Of a stretch of DNA of 64,000 nucleotides, positions 1 to 9,038 are shown piece after piece. Each line of letters starts with the position of its first letter. The first letter of the stretch is position 1. The notes under the pieces are model-generated. The model ran no database searches and had not been told where the DNA came from. It saw nothing but the letters and a program-made list of their open reading frames with translations. The stretch spans positions 256,001 through 320,000 of the forward strand of contig CAXXOU010000001.1 of assembly GCA_963677495.2 (NCBI GenBank). The letters run 5' to 3'. This stretch comes from Candidatus Cloacimonadales bacterium. GTDB taxonomy: Bacteria > Cloacimonadota > Cloacimonadia > Cloacimonadales > JAFGVF01. Both the position numbers and the translations under genes were made by a program.

Positions 1-2
1 AG

Positions 3-470
3 ATGTCAGCAATCAAACAGTTTATGGAAGATATCCAGTGGCCTGCACTTGACTATCTTATAGTTGACTGCCCTCCCGGAACAGGTGATGAGCCACTCAG
101 CGTAGTTCAGTTACTTAAGAATGTTACAGGTTCAATTATTGTATCAACTCCTCAAGATGTTGCATTTTTAGATGCAAGAAAGACAATCAGATTCTCTCAA
201 AGCCTTGGTATTAATATATTAGGTTTAGTTGAGAACATGAAAGAGCTCATCTGCCCTCATTGTGGTAAAGCGATTAACGTATTCTCAGGAGAAGGTGCAG
301 CAAAAGCAATAATGGATTTCGAGATTGAACTTCTCGGTCAGATTCCTATTGAGATTGATATTCCAACATGTTCTGATAAAGGACGTCCGTTTATCTATGA
401 CATCGCAAAGAAGCCTGCGGGTGAAGCAATGCAGAAGATAGTTGAAAGAGTTATCGAAAAAACTAGCTAA
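3..470 (+). CDS. Mrp/NBP35 (ApbC) family Fe-S cluster carrier ATPase, C-terminal part (5' truncated by window edge)
   Basis: LDYLIVDCPPGTGD, STPQDVA, GLVENM and CPHC motifs. Confidence 0.9.
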   Translation: MSAIKQFMEDIQWPALDYLIVDCPPGTGDEPLSVVQLLKNVTGSIIVSTPQDVAFLDARKTIRFSQSLGINILGLVENMKELICPHCGKAINVFSGEGAAKAIMDFEIELLGQIPIEIDIPTCSDKGRPFIYDIAKKPAGEAMQKIVERVIEKTS

Positions 471-492
471 TTAAGTTAAGAGATAAAGGAAT

Positions 493-522
493 CAGGTTGC
501 TGGGAAACTGGCAACCTGTTTT
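493..522. terminator. Intrinsic terminator between convergent genes
   Basis: CAGGTTGC...GCAACCTG stem followed by TTTT. Confidence 0.7.
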
Positions 523-1038
523 CTATTTATCGTAAATTTCCCCCATCTTTAGAAGATGATAACTAAAATGTAGTGGAGATTTCTGTATCTCTTTATAGTT
601 AATGATGAAGCTAACCTTACCATCTTTGCGTACAAGGTTAATCATAACCCCTTGCTCAACGAACTTTTCGCTATTGCTAAGTGTTAATAGAGGAATCTCT
701 TGAGCTCTCTTAACTATTCCTGTGATATCCCCCCTAAAGTCTTTATCAATAATAACTGCATTCAGAGCATTCATCTCTTCGAGTAATGGGTTTTCTATTA
801 GTACAAGTTTCTTGTTATAGAACTTATCCTTCCTATATAGTTCTTCCAGGTCTTTGATAAAGTGTGGATTACCCAGGTAGCCTATTTTGAAGAATTCTGA
901 GTCATCCTGGGACTTATCCCAATCAATGAAATGAGTTAGTTTTTCTATTACTATTGATTTAACTGATGCTTCTCCGGCTTCACAGATCAGTAATGTCACA
1001 AGGGTTAGCAAAATAATTATTAAGATAGATCTTTTCAT
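523..1038 (-). CDS. YfiR/HmsC (DUF4154) family periplasmic protein
   Basis: Signal peptide; KLTHFIDW and PLLTLS...GVMINLV...VSFIIN...LLKMG pattern typical of YfiR. Confidence 0.8.
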   Translation of the reverse strand: MKRSILIIILLTLVTLLICEAGEASVKSIVIEKLTHFIDWDKSQDDSEFFKIGYLGNPHFIKDLEELYRKDKFYNKKLVLIENPLLEEMNALNAVIIDKDFRGDITGIVKRAQEIPLLTLSNSEKFVEQGVMINLVRKDGKVSFIINYKEIQKSPLHFSYHLLKMGEIYDK

Positions 1039-1039
1039 T

Positions 1040-3307
1040 CTATACCTTTATCATCACTTCAACACCAAAGTTAACAGGTTCTTTTATGAAGCCGACTTGA
1101 CGTGGATATTGACGCAAGTTTCCATCCTCCCAGTACTGAATAACGTATCTGATATTGTTAAAAGAGATTATGTTATCAATATTCAGTTTCATAGAGATGT
1201 TTAGTTTATCGTAAGGAATAGACCAGTTTATCGCCAAACCACTTGTAAAAGATGGTTTACCATATCCATACTCATCTAGATCATCCAGTAAAGAGTGCAT
1301 ACCGATTATTAGTTCCTGATCAGCAATCTCTTGATGGGCTTCTTCAAACATATCAAGAAGTTCCTGTTGCTGATAGTCAAATGCGAAACGTCCATTCACA
1401 TTTAGCCTTAGATTCTGACTAAGTTTAATGCAATCATAGAATTTGAACATATGCTTTGGTAGATTATTTATTCTATTTTCTCCATAATCATCAATATAGG
1501 CTTCACTTGCATCTTGTCCCGAGACATATGCTACCTGCTCCTTTTCTTCCTCCCAGTCCACCTGATGAACAAATGAGTAACTAAATCCAAAACTATGCAA
1601 ACCGGTATTGTATCTAGCATTTATCTCAACTCCAAATAGGTCCAACTGTCCGAGGACATCCGGTGATTCTTGTTCCTGATTCCAAGCCACTTGATCTATT
1701 TGATTATAATACAGATTACCTGAATAGCTGAACTTCTTTGATACCTTATTTCGATGTATCAACTCGAATCCACGAAGTATCTCATTTCTAGCATCATTAT
1801 CATTGTTGTAATCAGAAGAGTATAAATTCATAAAGGTTGGTAATCTAACTGATTCTTGGGCTGTAACTATGATAGAGCTTGAATCAGAAGTCTTTGCAGA
1901 AGCACTTATTCTATAACTGTATGCAGGGTCTGCATACTCATTCTTATCCATTCTTACTGAGGGTATAAGTCTGAAAATATCATTAATTTCATAATATGCT
2001 TCTCCAAAGAACGAGTATGTGAAACCATCTATTGTTTCATCAATCACAGTAGTTAGTGTTGGGTAATAGTTGTAAAAACCTGAATCCTCATTGTAAACAG
2101 CAAACCTGATGCCGGTTTGATATGACATTAAGAAATCATCTTCATCTTCTCCCCATGCTTGTTTATAGTACTCGTACATAAGCTCTGTACCAAAAGTAAA
2201 AACAAGCTTATCCTGTATATTCCACTTGAGAGTTGATCGAAGATTTACTTCATTCTCACTGAATGCATTCTTCTGCTGAGCAATGTGGTCAATAGATAGG
2301 GCTTCCCGCTGCCAAAGGGCAGTTTCTTGAATTGAACTACTGTCATAACCTAACTTGGTCTCAATATCAACTGACTGACCTAACTCCATTCTGTTAACAC
2401 CTTCAATACTGAAACTCTTGATTCTGAAACCTGCCCAAGCTGCTCCCTCTTCCTCAAGTGAAGATTGAGTTGTATGCGGATATGAAAAGGTTGTATATCT
2501 GCTCCATAAATCTAGATATTTACCAAAGCTCATCTCTATTTGAGCTTTATACTCTTTCTCATCTCTATAGCTGCTAAGATAGTTTGGAGCTAAGCTACCG
2601 GTATCCATATCACCCCAATCAGGAGACATGAACCCCCATCCATAACCATGAGCTCTATCAGTGTACCAATACTGAGTATTCTTATCTCCATTTGCCTTAG
2701 TTGAGCTAGCATAGAATGATGAAGATATAATGTCATCAAGACTTAACATTGCACTGGTTGTATTATAGTTATAAACAAAATTGCTTGTATGTGCAACTGC
2801 TACATGCTCATTCTTACCTGAAAGCGTTCTAATATCGATAACTCCTGCAATAGCTCCGGGACCATGTGTTACAGAGACAGGACCATGAATTACTCTTATT
2901 TCATGGATATCCCCTAAATCCTTATTCTGAAGTTCATGCAAAGGACCCCATTGATACTTAAGATTCAAGTTTTTCCCATTCACAAGTAGCAGATATGAGA
3001 TATTCTGGTCACTTAGTACACCTCTTAATCCCATCCTTGGTCCCATAAAATGTTCTACATAGGTGAAACCGGGAACATATACTTCCAAAATATCTAAAAC
3101 ATTGTTAACGGGAGCAGAGCTAATCTGATCTTTAGTAATTACAGTAATCGAAGATGGCTCGATTAACTCATCTATATCATAATATGTACTACTTAGGACA
3201 GGTATCTGGAGAAGTGATTCTAATGATAATTGCTTTAACTTTGCTGTGTTTGTTGCTGTAAGGAAAGCAATCTGAAAGAGTATAAGTATAAATACAAGGT
3301 ATTTCAT
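1040..3307 (-). CDS. TonB-dependent receptor-like outer membrane protein
   Basis: Signal peptide; LSLESLLQIPV N-terminus; plug motifs (SSITVIT, LLVNG, IRVIHGPVSVTHGPGAIAGVIDI); beta-barrel-like C-terminal region. Confidence 0.8.
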   Translation of the reverse strand: MKYLVFILILFQIAFLTATNTAKLKQLSLESLLQIPVLSSTYYDIDELIEPSSITVITKDQISSAPVNNVLDILEVYVPGFTYVEHFMGPRMGLRGVLSDQNISYLLLVNGKNLNLKYQWGPLHELQNKDLGDIHEIRVIHGPVSVTHGPGAIAGVIDIRTLSGKNEHVAVAHTSNFVYNYNTTSAMLSLDDIISSSFYASSTKANGDKNTQYWYTDRAHGYGWGFMSPDWGDMDTGSLAPNYLSSYRDEKEYKAQIEMSFGKYLDLWSRYTTFSYPHTTQSSLEEEGAAWAGFRIKSFSIEGVNRMELGQSVDIETKLGYDSSSIQETALWQREALSIDHIAQQKNAFSENEVNLRSTLKWNIQDKLVFTFGTELMYEYYKQAWGEDEDDFLMSYQTGIRFAVYNEDSGFYNYYPTLTTVIDETIDGFTYSFFGEAYYEINDIFRLIPSVRMDKNEYADPAYSYRISASAKTSDSSSIIVTAQESVRLPTFMNLYSSDYNNDNDARNEILRGFELIHRNKVSKKFSYSGNLYYNQIDQVAWNQEQESPDVLGQLDLFGVEINARYNTGLHSFGFSYSFVHQVDWEEEKEQVAYVSGQDASEAYIDDYGENRINNLPKHMFKFYDCIKLSQNLRLNVNGRFAFDYQQQELLDMFEEAHQEIADQELIIGMHSLLDDLDEYGYGKPSFTSGLAINWSIPYDKLNISMKLNIDNIISFNNIRYVIQYWEDGNLRQYPRQVGFIKEPVNFGVEVMIKV

Positions 3308-3747
3308 AGCTGCCTCTTAGGAGGTTCTTGATTGAGTAACAACCAGTATAAACCTATTGTTCTAGTAGCTTCCAAGAACTGCTTGAAATCTACCGGTTTC
3401 TGAATATAGCTATTAACTCCTAATTCGTAACATTCAACAAGATCATTTTCCTCCTTTGATGATGTTAATACTACTATAGGAATTGTTTTTGTTGTATCAT
3501 TACTCTTCAGTTCACGAAGAACTTCAATCCCACTAATCTTTGGTAAATTAAGATCCAGTAAAATAACTGTAGGATAAATGAGCTCTTGGGATTCAAATTG
3601 GCCTCTACCAAATAGATAGTCTAAAGCCTGCTCTCCATCATTTACAATTATCAACTCGTTCATGATGTTCTGCTTTCTAAATGCTCTTTTAGTTAACTCA
3701 ATGTCGTCTAGATTGTCTTCAACTAACAATATACTTTTTTTCATCAT
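3304..3747 (-). CDS. Single-domain response regulator (Rcp1-like)
   Basis: ILLVEDN, ILLDLNLPK, VVLTSS, NSYIQKPVDF. Confidence 0.9.
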   Translation of the reverse strand: MMKKSILLVEDNLDDIELTKRAFRKQNIMNELIIVNDGEQALDYLFGRGQFESQELIYPTVILLDLNLPKISGIEVLRELKSNDTTKTIPIVVLTSSKEENDLVECYELGVNSYIQKPVDFKQFLEATRTIGLYWLLLNQEPPKRQL

Positions 3748-5585
3748 TCCTCCTTAGGGAGCCAGATGTAGAATACTGCCCCCTTCCCCACTTCTGATTC
3801 AGCCCAAATTTTTCCATCATGCTTCTCAATAATTCTGCTTACTGTTGCTAAACCAATTCCTGTTCCTTTAAATTCTGTTTCATTATGTAATCTTTGGAAT
3901 GGAGTGAATAGCTTGTCATAGTACGCCATGTTGAATCCGGTACCATTATCTTTAACAAAGAAAACCTCCCTACCCATATGACTACTTCTCCCGATTGTTA
4001 CTGAAGGATTAGCTGATTTGGAAGAATATTTCCAAGCATTTGATATTAGATTTGTCAGCATGATTGTTAACTGCATTTCATCTCCATAAGCTATAATACT
4101 ATCTTGTATTATCACATTTACATTCCTGCTACGGGAAGTATCCTTCAATTCTCTGAGAATTGTTTTTGCTATCCTGGTTAAATCGACTCTCTTTTTAAAG
4201 ATTGATTGTCTTGATATACGGGAAAGATTGAGTATATCATCAATGAGTTGAGCCATCTTCATAGAGCCTTCACTTATCCTGTCTAAATAATGTAAGCCAT
4301 CATCATCAAGTAGATGTTTTTTATCCTCAATCAATGCTGAGACAAAACCATGAATCCCCCGTAGTGGTGCTCTTAAATCATGAGAGACTGAATAAGCAAA
4401 GGTCTCTAACTCATTATTTACCTCATTAAGTTCAGATGTCCTTTGCTCAATCTTAAGTTCCAACTCTTTGTTTAGTCTTACAACTGCTTCATCAGTCTTT
4501 CTTCTTTCAGTAATGTCTGAATATATGTACAACATCCCACCTTCAATAGGGCAACCAACTACTTCTACAATCCTCATATTCTCATCCTTAGATATAATAT
4601 GTACTTCGTGTGGTTGAGTTGGGCAATCGTTCTTCACAGAATATTCAAGGTTCTGTTTAAACTCAGATATTACTTTTTTCCGGTAGTCAATATCAGGATA
4701 AGCAAGTTTAAACCAATGAGCGGCATCCTCTATTTCATCAGCTTTCCAACCAAACAAACGAGAGAATTCAGGATTTACATATTCAACATTCATCGCTGAA
4801 TCAACTACAGCAAAAGCAAGTGGAGCGCTATCGATTATTGATTGTAAATGCTTCTTATTTTGTATTAAGCTTTGATGTAACTCATTTTGCTCATGCTCTT
4901 TTCTTGAAATAGTGTCTAACATGTTATTGATACTTGAGTACAAGTTAGCTATTTCATAATAAACTTTGTCACTTTTAATTGATTCATACTTACCACTTTC
5001 AGCTATTCCTGCTGCGTCATCAGCTAGCTTCTCAATTGGTAATGATATGGTTCGTTGCAAGAAAAGTGAGAGTAAATAAGCTACAATAATCAGAAGCCCA
5101 AGAATCAGAAAGTTAATATAGAACGTCTCAAACAGCTGTTTATTAAGCAATTCGACAGATGTTAGAATGACGACTGTTCCAATATGGCCTCTTTCAAATA
5201 TAATTGGTTGAGTAACCTGAATGAAATCGCTACTAATGGGGGAAGTATCAAACCGAAGACTATCTTTAGGTAGAATGAAATCCTTTTTTTTCCTCTCAGC
5301 AAAAAGACCACCATCTTCATCGAGTATTGCTACATACTTTATTCCAGGTACAGAATCAGTTGCTTCAAGAACATCAAGTATTCCATGTTTATCGTTGAAG
5401 TAAAGTGGAGATAAGCTGCTTTCACTAATAAGAATTGCTTGCATTTGTGTTTCATGTACAAGGTTATTTTTTATCCTACGGCGATCACGTACAAATAACA
5501 ACAGGGAGTTTACCACAAGAATAAACAAAGCTAGATACAGCATTACAGAAATCAATCGATTTCTTATAGTAGTCATTTTCTTCAT
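3744..5585 (-). CDS. Membrane sensor histidine kinase (periplasmic sensor, HAMP, PAS, HisKA, HATPase)
   Basis: Two TM helices; PAS region; YSVSHDLRAPLR H-box; NLISNAWKY, DNGTGF and GTGIGLA boxes. Confidence 0.92.
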   Translation of the reverse strand: MKKMTTIRNRLISVMLYLALFILVVNSLLLFVRDRRRIKNNLVHETQMQAILISESSLSPLYFNDKHGILDVLEATDSVPGIKYVAILDEDGGLFAERKKKDFILPKDSLRFDTSPISSDFIQVTQPIIFERGHIGTVVILTSVELLNKQLFETFYINFLILGLLIIVAYLLSLFLQRTISLPIEKLADDAAGIAESGKYESIKSDKVYYEIANLYSSINNMLDTISRKEHEQNELHQSLIQNKKHLQSIIDSAPLAFAVVDSAMNVEYVNPEFSRLFGWKADEIEDAAHWFKLAYPDIDYRKKVISEFKQNLEYSVKNDCPTQPHEVHIISKDENMRIVEVVGCPIEGGMLYIYSDITERRKTDEAVVRLNKELELKIEQRTSELNEVNNELETFAYSVSHDLRAPLRGIHGFVSALIEDKKHLLDDDGLHYLDRISEGSMKMAQLIDDILNLSRISRQSIFKKRVDLTRIAKTILRELKDTSRSRNVNVIIQDSIIAYGDEMQLTIMLTNLISNAWKYSSKSANPSVTIGRSSHMGREVFFVKDNGTGFNMAYYDKLFTPFQRLHNETEFKGTGIGLATVSRIIEKHDGKIWAESEVGKGAVFYIWLPKEE

Positions 5586-5722
5586 ACGTGTACTCCGCTT
5601 AGGTAAGCAGTTTCATTAATAATTAAATAAACAAAGAACCCCAGTTAGGCATAATTGAATTGGTTTATTTTACTCTGTCAAGCAGTATTAATGAAATAAA
5701 TGAAGTTTTTTTATTGCACAAT

Positions 5723-5751
5723 AAAAAAAGGGAACCTTCGGTTCCCTTTTT
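5723..5751 (-). terminator. Intrinsic terminator of rpsP-rplS operon
   Basis: A-tract-GGGAACCTTCGGTTCCC-T-tract perfect hairpin just after rplS stop. Confidence 0.9.
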
Positions 5752-5764
5752 AAAAAACATAAGA

Positions 5765-6115
5765 CTATTTGAAACGTCTTTTTTCTTTAACTTTAGCTCT
5801 TTTACCACGGGCTGTTCTAAGATAGTAAAGCTTAGCTCTACGTACACGACCGTAGCGAACTACTTCCATTTTATCAATAAGTGGTGAGTGCATTGGGAAT
5901 ATTCTTTCAACTCCAACACCATTAGAAACTTTTCTAACTGTGAAGCTTTTTGACATGCCTGCACCGCGAATCTGAATCACGATACCCTGGAAGATCTGGA
6001 TACGTTCTTTGCTTCCTTCCTTAATTTTGTAGTGTACTTTTACAGTATCACCAACGCCAAACTCAGGTAAGTCTGTACGCATCTGATCTTTGGTAACCAT
6101 TTGTAATAAATCCAT
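5765..6115 (-). CDS. rplS: 50S ribosomal protein L19
   Basis: [40 protein letters not shown]. Confidence 0.98.
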   Translation of the reverse strand: MDLLQMVTKDQMRTDLPEFGVGDTVKVHYKIKEGSKERIQIFQGIVIQIRGAGMSKSFTVRKVSNGVGVERIFPMHSPLIDKMEVVRYGRVRRAKLYYLRTARGKRAKVKEKRRFK

Positions 6116-6125
6116 TGTTACTCCT

Positions 6126-6680
6126 TTATTCCTCGGAAGTCAGTCTATCTAAAATAATCGCAACTGCACTACGAACGGAAAGATGATTATACTCACCTCT
6201 ACCATAGATGGGTTTAAGTACCAAATCGGTCATTGACATAACCTCTTCGGCTAGTCCATTTCCTGTTCCAAACAAGAGTAGAACAGGTTGATTGAGTTCT
6301 CTGTTTCTGAACTCTTTGATAGCGATCTGGCCATCCATCTCTCTCGCTGTTGTTGCAACTACAAGAGGATAAACTCCTTCCTGATTTTTAATCTTCTCTT
6401 TCAAGCTTTGCACTGATGATGCATGGTCAACAATGCTGATTGCTTCAACTCTATCTGAATTATAGTTTTTAGCAATCTCTGAATGCCAGAACTCAGTGAT
6501 AGTATCTAATATCTGCTTCTGACCTTCATTGGGCGTCACAATATAATATCCATTCACGCCAAAGGTCAAGCATGACCTGGCAATATCATGGACATCAAGA
6601 TTTGTTATAGATGTTGTGACAACATCATTAAATTTATTATATACGGGATAGTGAACAAGTCCTAGATACAGTTTATTCAT
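6126..6680 (-). CDS. SPOUT-family RNA methyltransferase (DUF2168-like)
   Basis: [37 protein letters not shown]; position after trmD. Confidence 0.85.
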   Translation of the reverse strand: MNKLYLGLVHYPVYNKFNDVVTTSITNLDVHDIARSCLTFGVNGYYIVTPNEGQKQILDTITEFWHSEIAKNYNSDRVEAISIVDHASSVQSLKEKIKNQEGVYPLVVATTAREMDGQIAIKEFRNRELNQPVLLLFGTGNGLAEEVMSMTDLVLKPIYGRGEYNHLSVRSAVAIILDRLTSEE

Positions 6681-7350
6681 CTAACAAATCCTTTCTTCTT
6701 GCTGAAGTGATTTCAAGTGCTTTCTCGTTTCTCCACTCTTCAATCTTCTTGTGATTTCCGGAAAGCAATACATCAGGTACTTTTAAACCTTCAAACTCAA
6801 CCGGTCTTGTATAGTGAGGATAACCTAAAAGGCCATTCTCAAACGAATCACTATTAGCTGATTCAATATCTTTTAATACCCCCGGTTGTAATCTGGCACA
6901 TGCATCAATAAAGCACATAGCAGGTAACTCACCACCTGAGAGAACATAATCTCCTAAAGATATTTCATCTGTAACAAGCAGGTCACGTATTCTCTGATCA
7001 ATCTCTTTGTAATGACCACAAAGAATCATCACACTATCCTTTTGAGCATACTCTCTAACGATCTCTTGTGTTAAAGGTCTTCCCTGGGGAGTAAAATAAA
7101 TCAAATTACTGACCGGACGTTGCTGTTTAACAAACTCAACAGCTCGGTAAACCGGTTCAGGTTTTATCACCATACCCGCTTCTCCACCATAAGGATAATC
7201 ATCCACCTGTCTGCTTTTTACAAATGTAAAATCTCTAAAATCTGTTAGATATACTTCAAGTGCATCCTGTTTGATTGCTTTCGCAACTATACTAGCTTCG
7301 AGCAAAGAATGAAACATTGAAGGGAAAAGCGTTAATACTTCAAATCTCAT
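6673..7350 (-). CDS. trmD: tRNA (guanine37-N1)-methyltransferase
   Basis: VDDYPYGG, SLGDYVLSGGELPA, YPHYTRP, VPDVLLSGNH. Confidence 0.97.
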   Translation of the reverse strand: MRFEVLTLFPSMFHSLLEASIVAKAIKQDALEVYLTDFRDFTFVKSRQVDDYPYGGEAGMVIKPEPVYRAVEFVKQQRPVSNLIYFTPQGRPLTQEIVREYAQKDSVMILCGHYKEIDQRIRDLLVTDEISLGDYVLSGGELPAMCFIDACARLQPGVLKDIESANSDSFENGLLGYPHYTRPVEFEGLKVPDVLLSGNHKKIEEWRNEKALEITSARRKDLLDE

Positions 7351-7862
7351 AGTTCCAACAACTCTTCCACATTCTTAAGAAAGACTGTTCTTAGTTTGGA
7401 ATCCTTTCGCTCAACATATTGCTCAACATCAGGAATGATAACATCTCTTCCATCGTTAAGTACAACAATTAAGCGATCCTGAAAACCATCTTCCCATATC
7501 TCTTCCACTATTCCTATCTCTTCACCCTTAAAACTGACTTTGTACTCAGTTACCCGATGATATTCAGTATCACCCTCTGATTGATAATAAAACTCCTTCT
7601 CAATCATCACTCTGGGTTTCCTGAAATTCTCAAGCTCCTCGATAATACCATCTTCTACAAATCTTAAGTAAAACTTGTTCTGATGGAACTTAATCTTATC
7701 AAGGGTGACATAAAACACTCTATCACTGTTAAAGATCAAAAAAAACTTCTTGCTAGAAAACAAGGCAGGTCGGAATAATTCAGAAGGTCTGAAGGAGATA
7801 TAACCCGTGTTATTAAAAACTTTTCCCAACCTGCCAATCGGCAATAAATCTGAAAGCTGCAT
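7347..7862 (-). CDS. rimM: 16S rRNA processing protein RimM (divergent)
   Basis: IGRLGK N-terminus, PRC-barrel-like C-terminus, canonical position between KH protein and trmD. Confidence 0.8.
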   Translation of the reverse strand: MQLSDLLPIGRLGKVFNNTGYISFRPSELFRPALFSSKKFFLIFNSDRVFYVTLDKIKFHQNKFYLRFVEDGIIEELENFRKPRVMIEKEFYYQSEGDTEYHRVTEYKVSFKGEEIGIVEEIWEDGFQDRLIVVLNDGRDVIIPDVEQYVERKDSKLRTVFLKNVEELLEL

Positions 7863-8092
7863 TACTCGATTATCTCGAGTTCCGCCCTTTTTCCCTGCTT
7901 AGTACTAACAGCGTTTAATATTGTTCTGATAGAACTTGCAGTACGGCCTCGTTTTCCTATAATTTTACCAATATCACCCTTAGCTACACGGAGTTCAAAT
8001 AATATCTTTGTGTCTCCTGCAATCTCTGTGATACTTACTTCACTAGGATCATCTACCAGTGCCTTAACGACAAATTCAATGAGTTCCTTCAT
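7862..8092 (-). CDS. khpA: KH-domain RNA-binding protein
   Basis: LVDDPSEV, DIGKIIGKRGRTA; position after rpsP. Confidence 0.92.
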   Translation of the reverse strand: MKELIEFVVKALVDDPSEVSITEIAGDTKILFELRVAKGDIGKIIGKRGRTASSIRTILNAVSTKQGKRAELEIIE

Positions 8093-8113
8093 TTTAGACT
8101 CCTTGCTCGCTTA

Positions 8114-8407
8114 TTAATTCTCTTCAGAATTAGTTTTAGCCTGTGATAACTTTTCGTTATGCCATAACTCAAGTACACCTGCTCTTTTAAGCAAAGATTT
8201 TACAGTTCCGGTAGGCTGTGCGCCGTCTCTGAGCCATTTCAGTGCCACTTCTTGGTCAATCTGAAATTTGAAAGGCTCTGGCTTTGGATCATACCAACCC
8301 AAAGACTCGATATACTTACCGTCTCTTTTTACGCGTGCATCAACTGCTACAACACGATAAAACGGGGCATTACGGGCGCCCATTCTTCTCAGTCTGAGCT
8401 TTACCAT
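8114..8407 (-). CDS. rpsP: 30S ribosomal protein S16
   Basis: [10 protein letters not shown]...PFYRVV...[13 protein letters not shown]; start moved to ATG at 8407 after AGGAG RBS. Confidence 0.97.
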   Translation of the reverse strand: MVKLRLRRMGARNAPFYRVVAVDARVKRDGKYIESLGWYDPKPEPFKFQIDQEVALKWLRDGAQPTGTVKSLLKRAGVLELWHNEKLSQAKTNSEEN

Positions 8408-8630
8408 CTCTTCTCCTTTCTTTATTCCACTTAGTTTTTTATATATAAATATATAGAATGACATAAAAACTGGAACCCTGCTACAGCGTCAAGACTTTTT
8501 TGTAAACTGTCCTTTCTCAAAGATTTGGGACTTAAACTTGTACTTTTCTCTATATATAAAGTATTATTTGTGTTACCCGACTGTGATGGTTTATCATCAC
8601 TTTGCTATTGATATAATCCATCTACTAAAA

Positions 8631-8731
8631 CACAGTCACCCCACTGTTTTCCCACTGTGCACGCACTGTAAACCCAGTGAAACAGTGGGTTGGCAGTGCC
8701 TTCACAGTGCGTGCACAGTGCAGACACAGTG
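8631..8731. repeat. 11-bp-phased inverted array A (core CACTGT/ACAGTG)
   Basis: CACTGT-type cores at 8631, 8642, 8653, 8664, 8675; ACAGTG-type cores at 8682, 8693, 8704, 8715, 8726. Confidence 0.9.
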
Positions 8732-8781
8732 CGTCGGTGAACAGTGCAGTGAAAGGGAGTAATATGGGCAATAAATATAGC

Positions 8782-8948
8782 TAAGTTGTTGCAAAATGCT
8801 CTGTGTATGGCAATAGAAGCAGTCACCATTACGACCAACGGGAGTTCGGGGAATTGCGACTTCGAAGTATAATTACAATTCCCCAAGCTCGTAAACTCGC
8901 ACAGGTGACCGGAATTATCGTAAGTTATTGCAAATCACACTGTGTATG
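8782..8948. repeat. Palindromic REP-like element flanked by imperfect 28-bp direct repeats
   Basis: DRs at 8782-8809 and 8921-8948 (23/28 identical); inner GTCACC...GGTGAC ends; modules shared with 30541-30575 and 30664-30677. Confidence 0.65.
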
Positions 8949-8980
8949 TCTCCCTGAGAGGAATAAATGAACGATCTAAT

Positions 8981-9017
8981 AAAAAGGAGCACCTTAAGAT
9001 AGCTTAAAGTACTCCTT
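8981..9017 (-). terminator. Probable intrinsic terminator
   Basis: AAGGAG.AC.TTAAG...CTTAA.GT.CTCCTT stem with A-tract, downstream of the 9039-11240 gene. Confidence 0.65.
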
Positions 9018-9038
9018 GAGGAAATATAATGTTATATG

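Noticed and set aside
8538..8886. Cys/His-rich small ORFs (8538-8762, 8605-8886)
   Set aside because: Their composition derives from array A; no RBS or family similarity.
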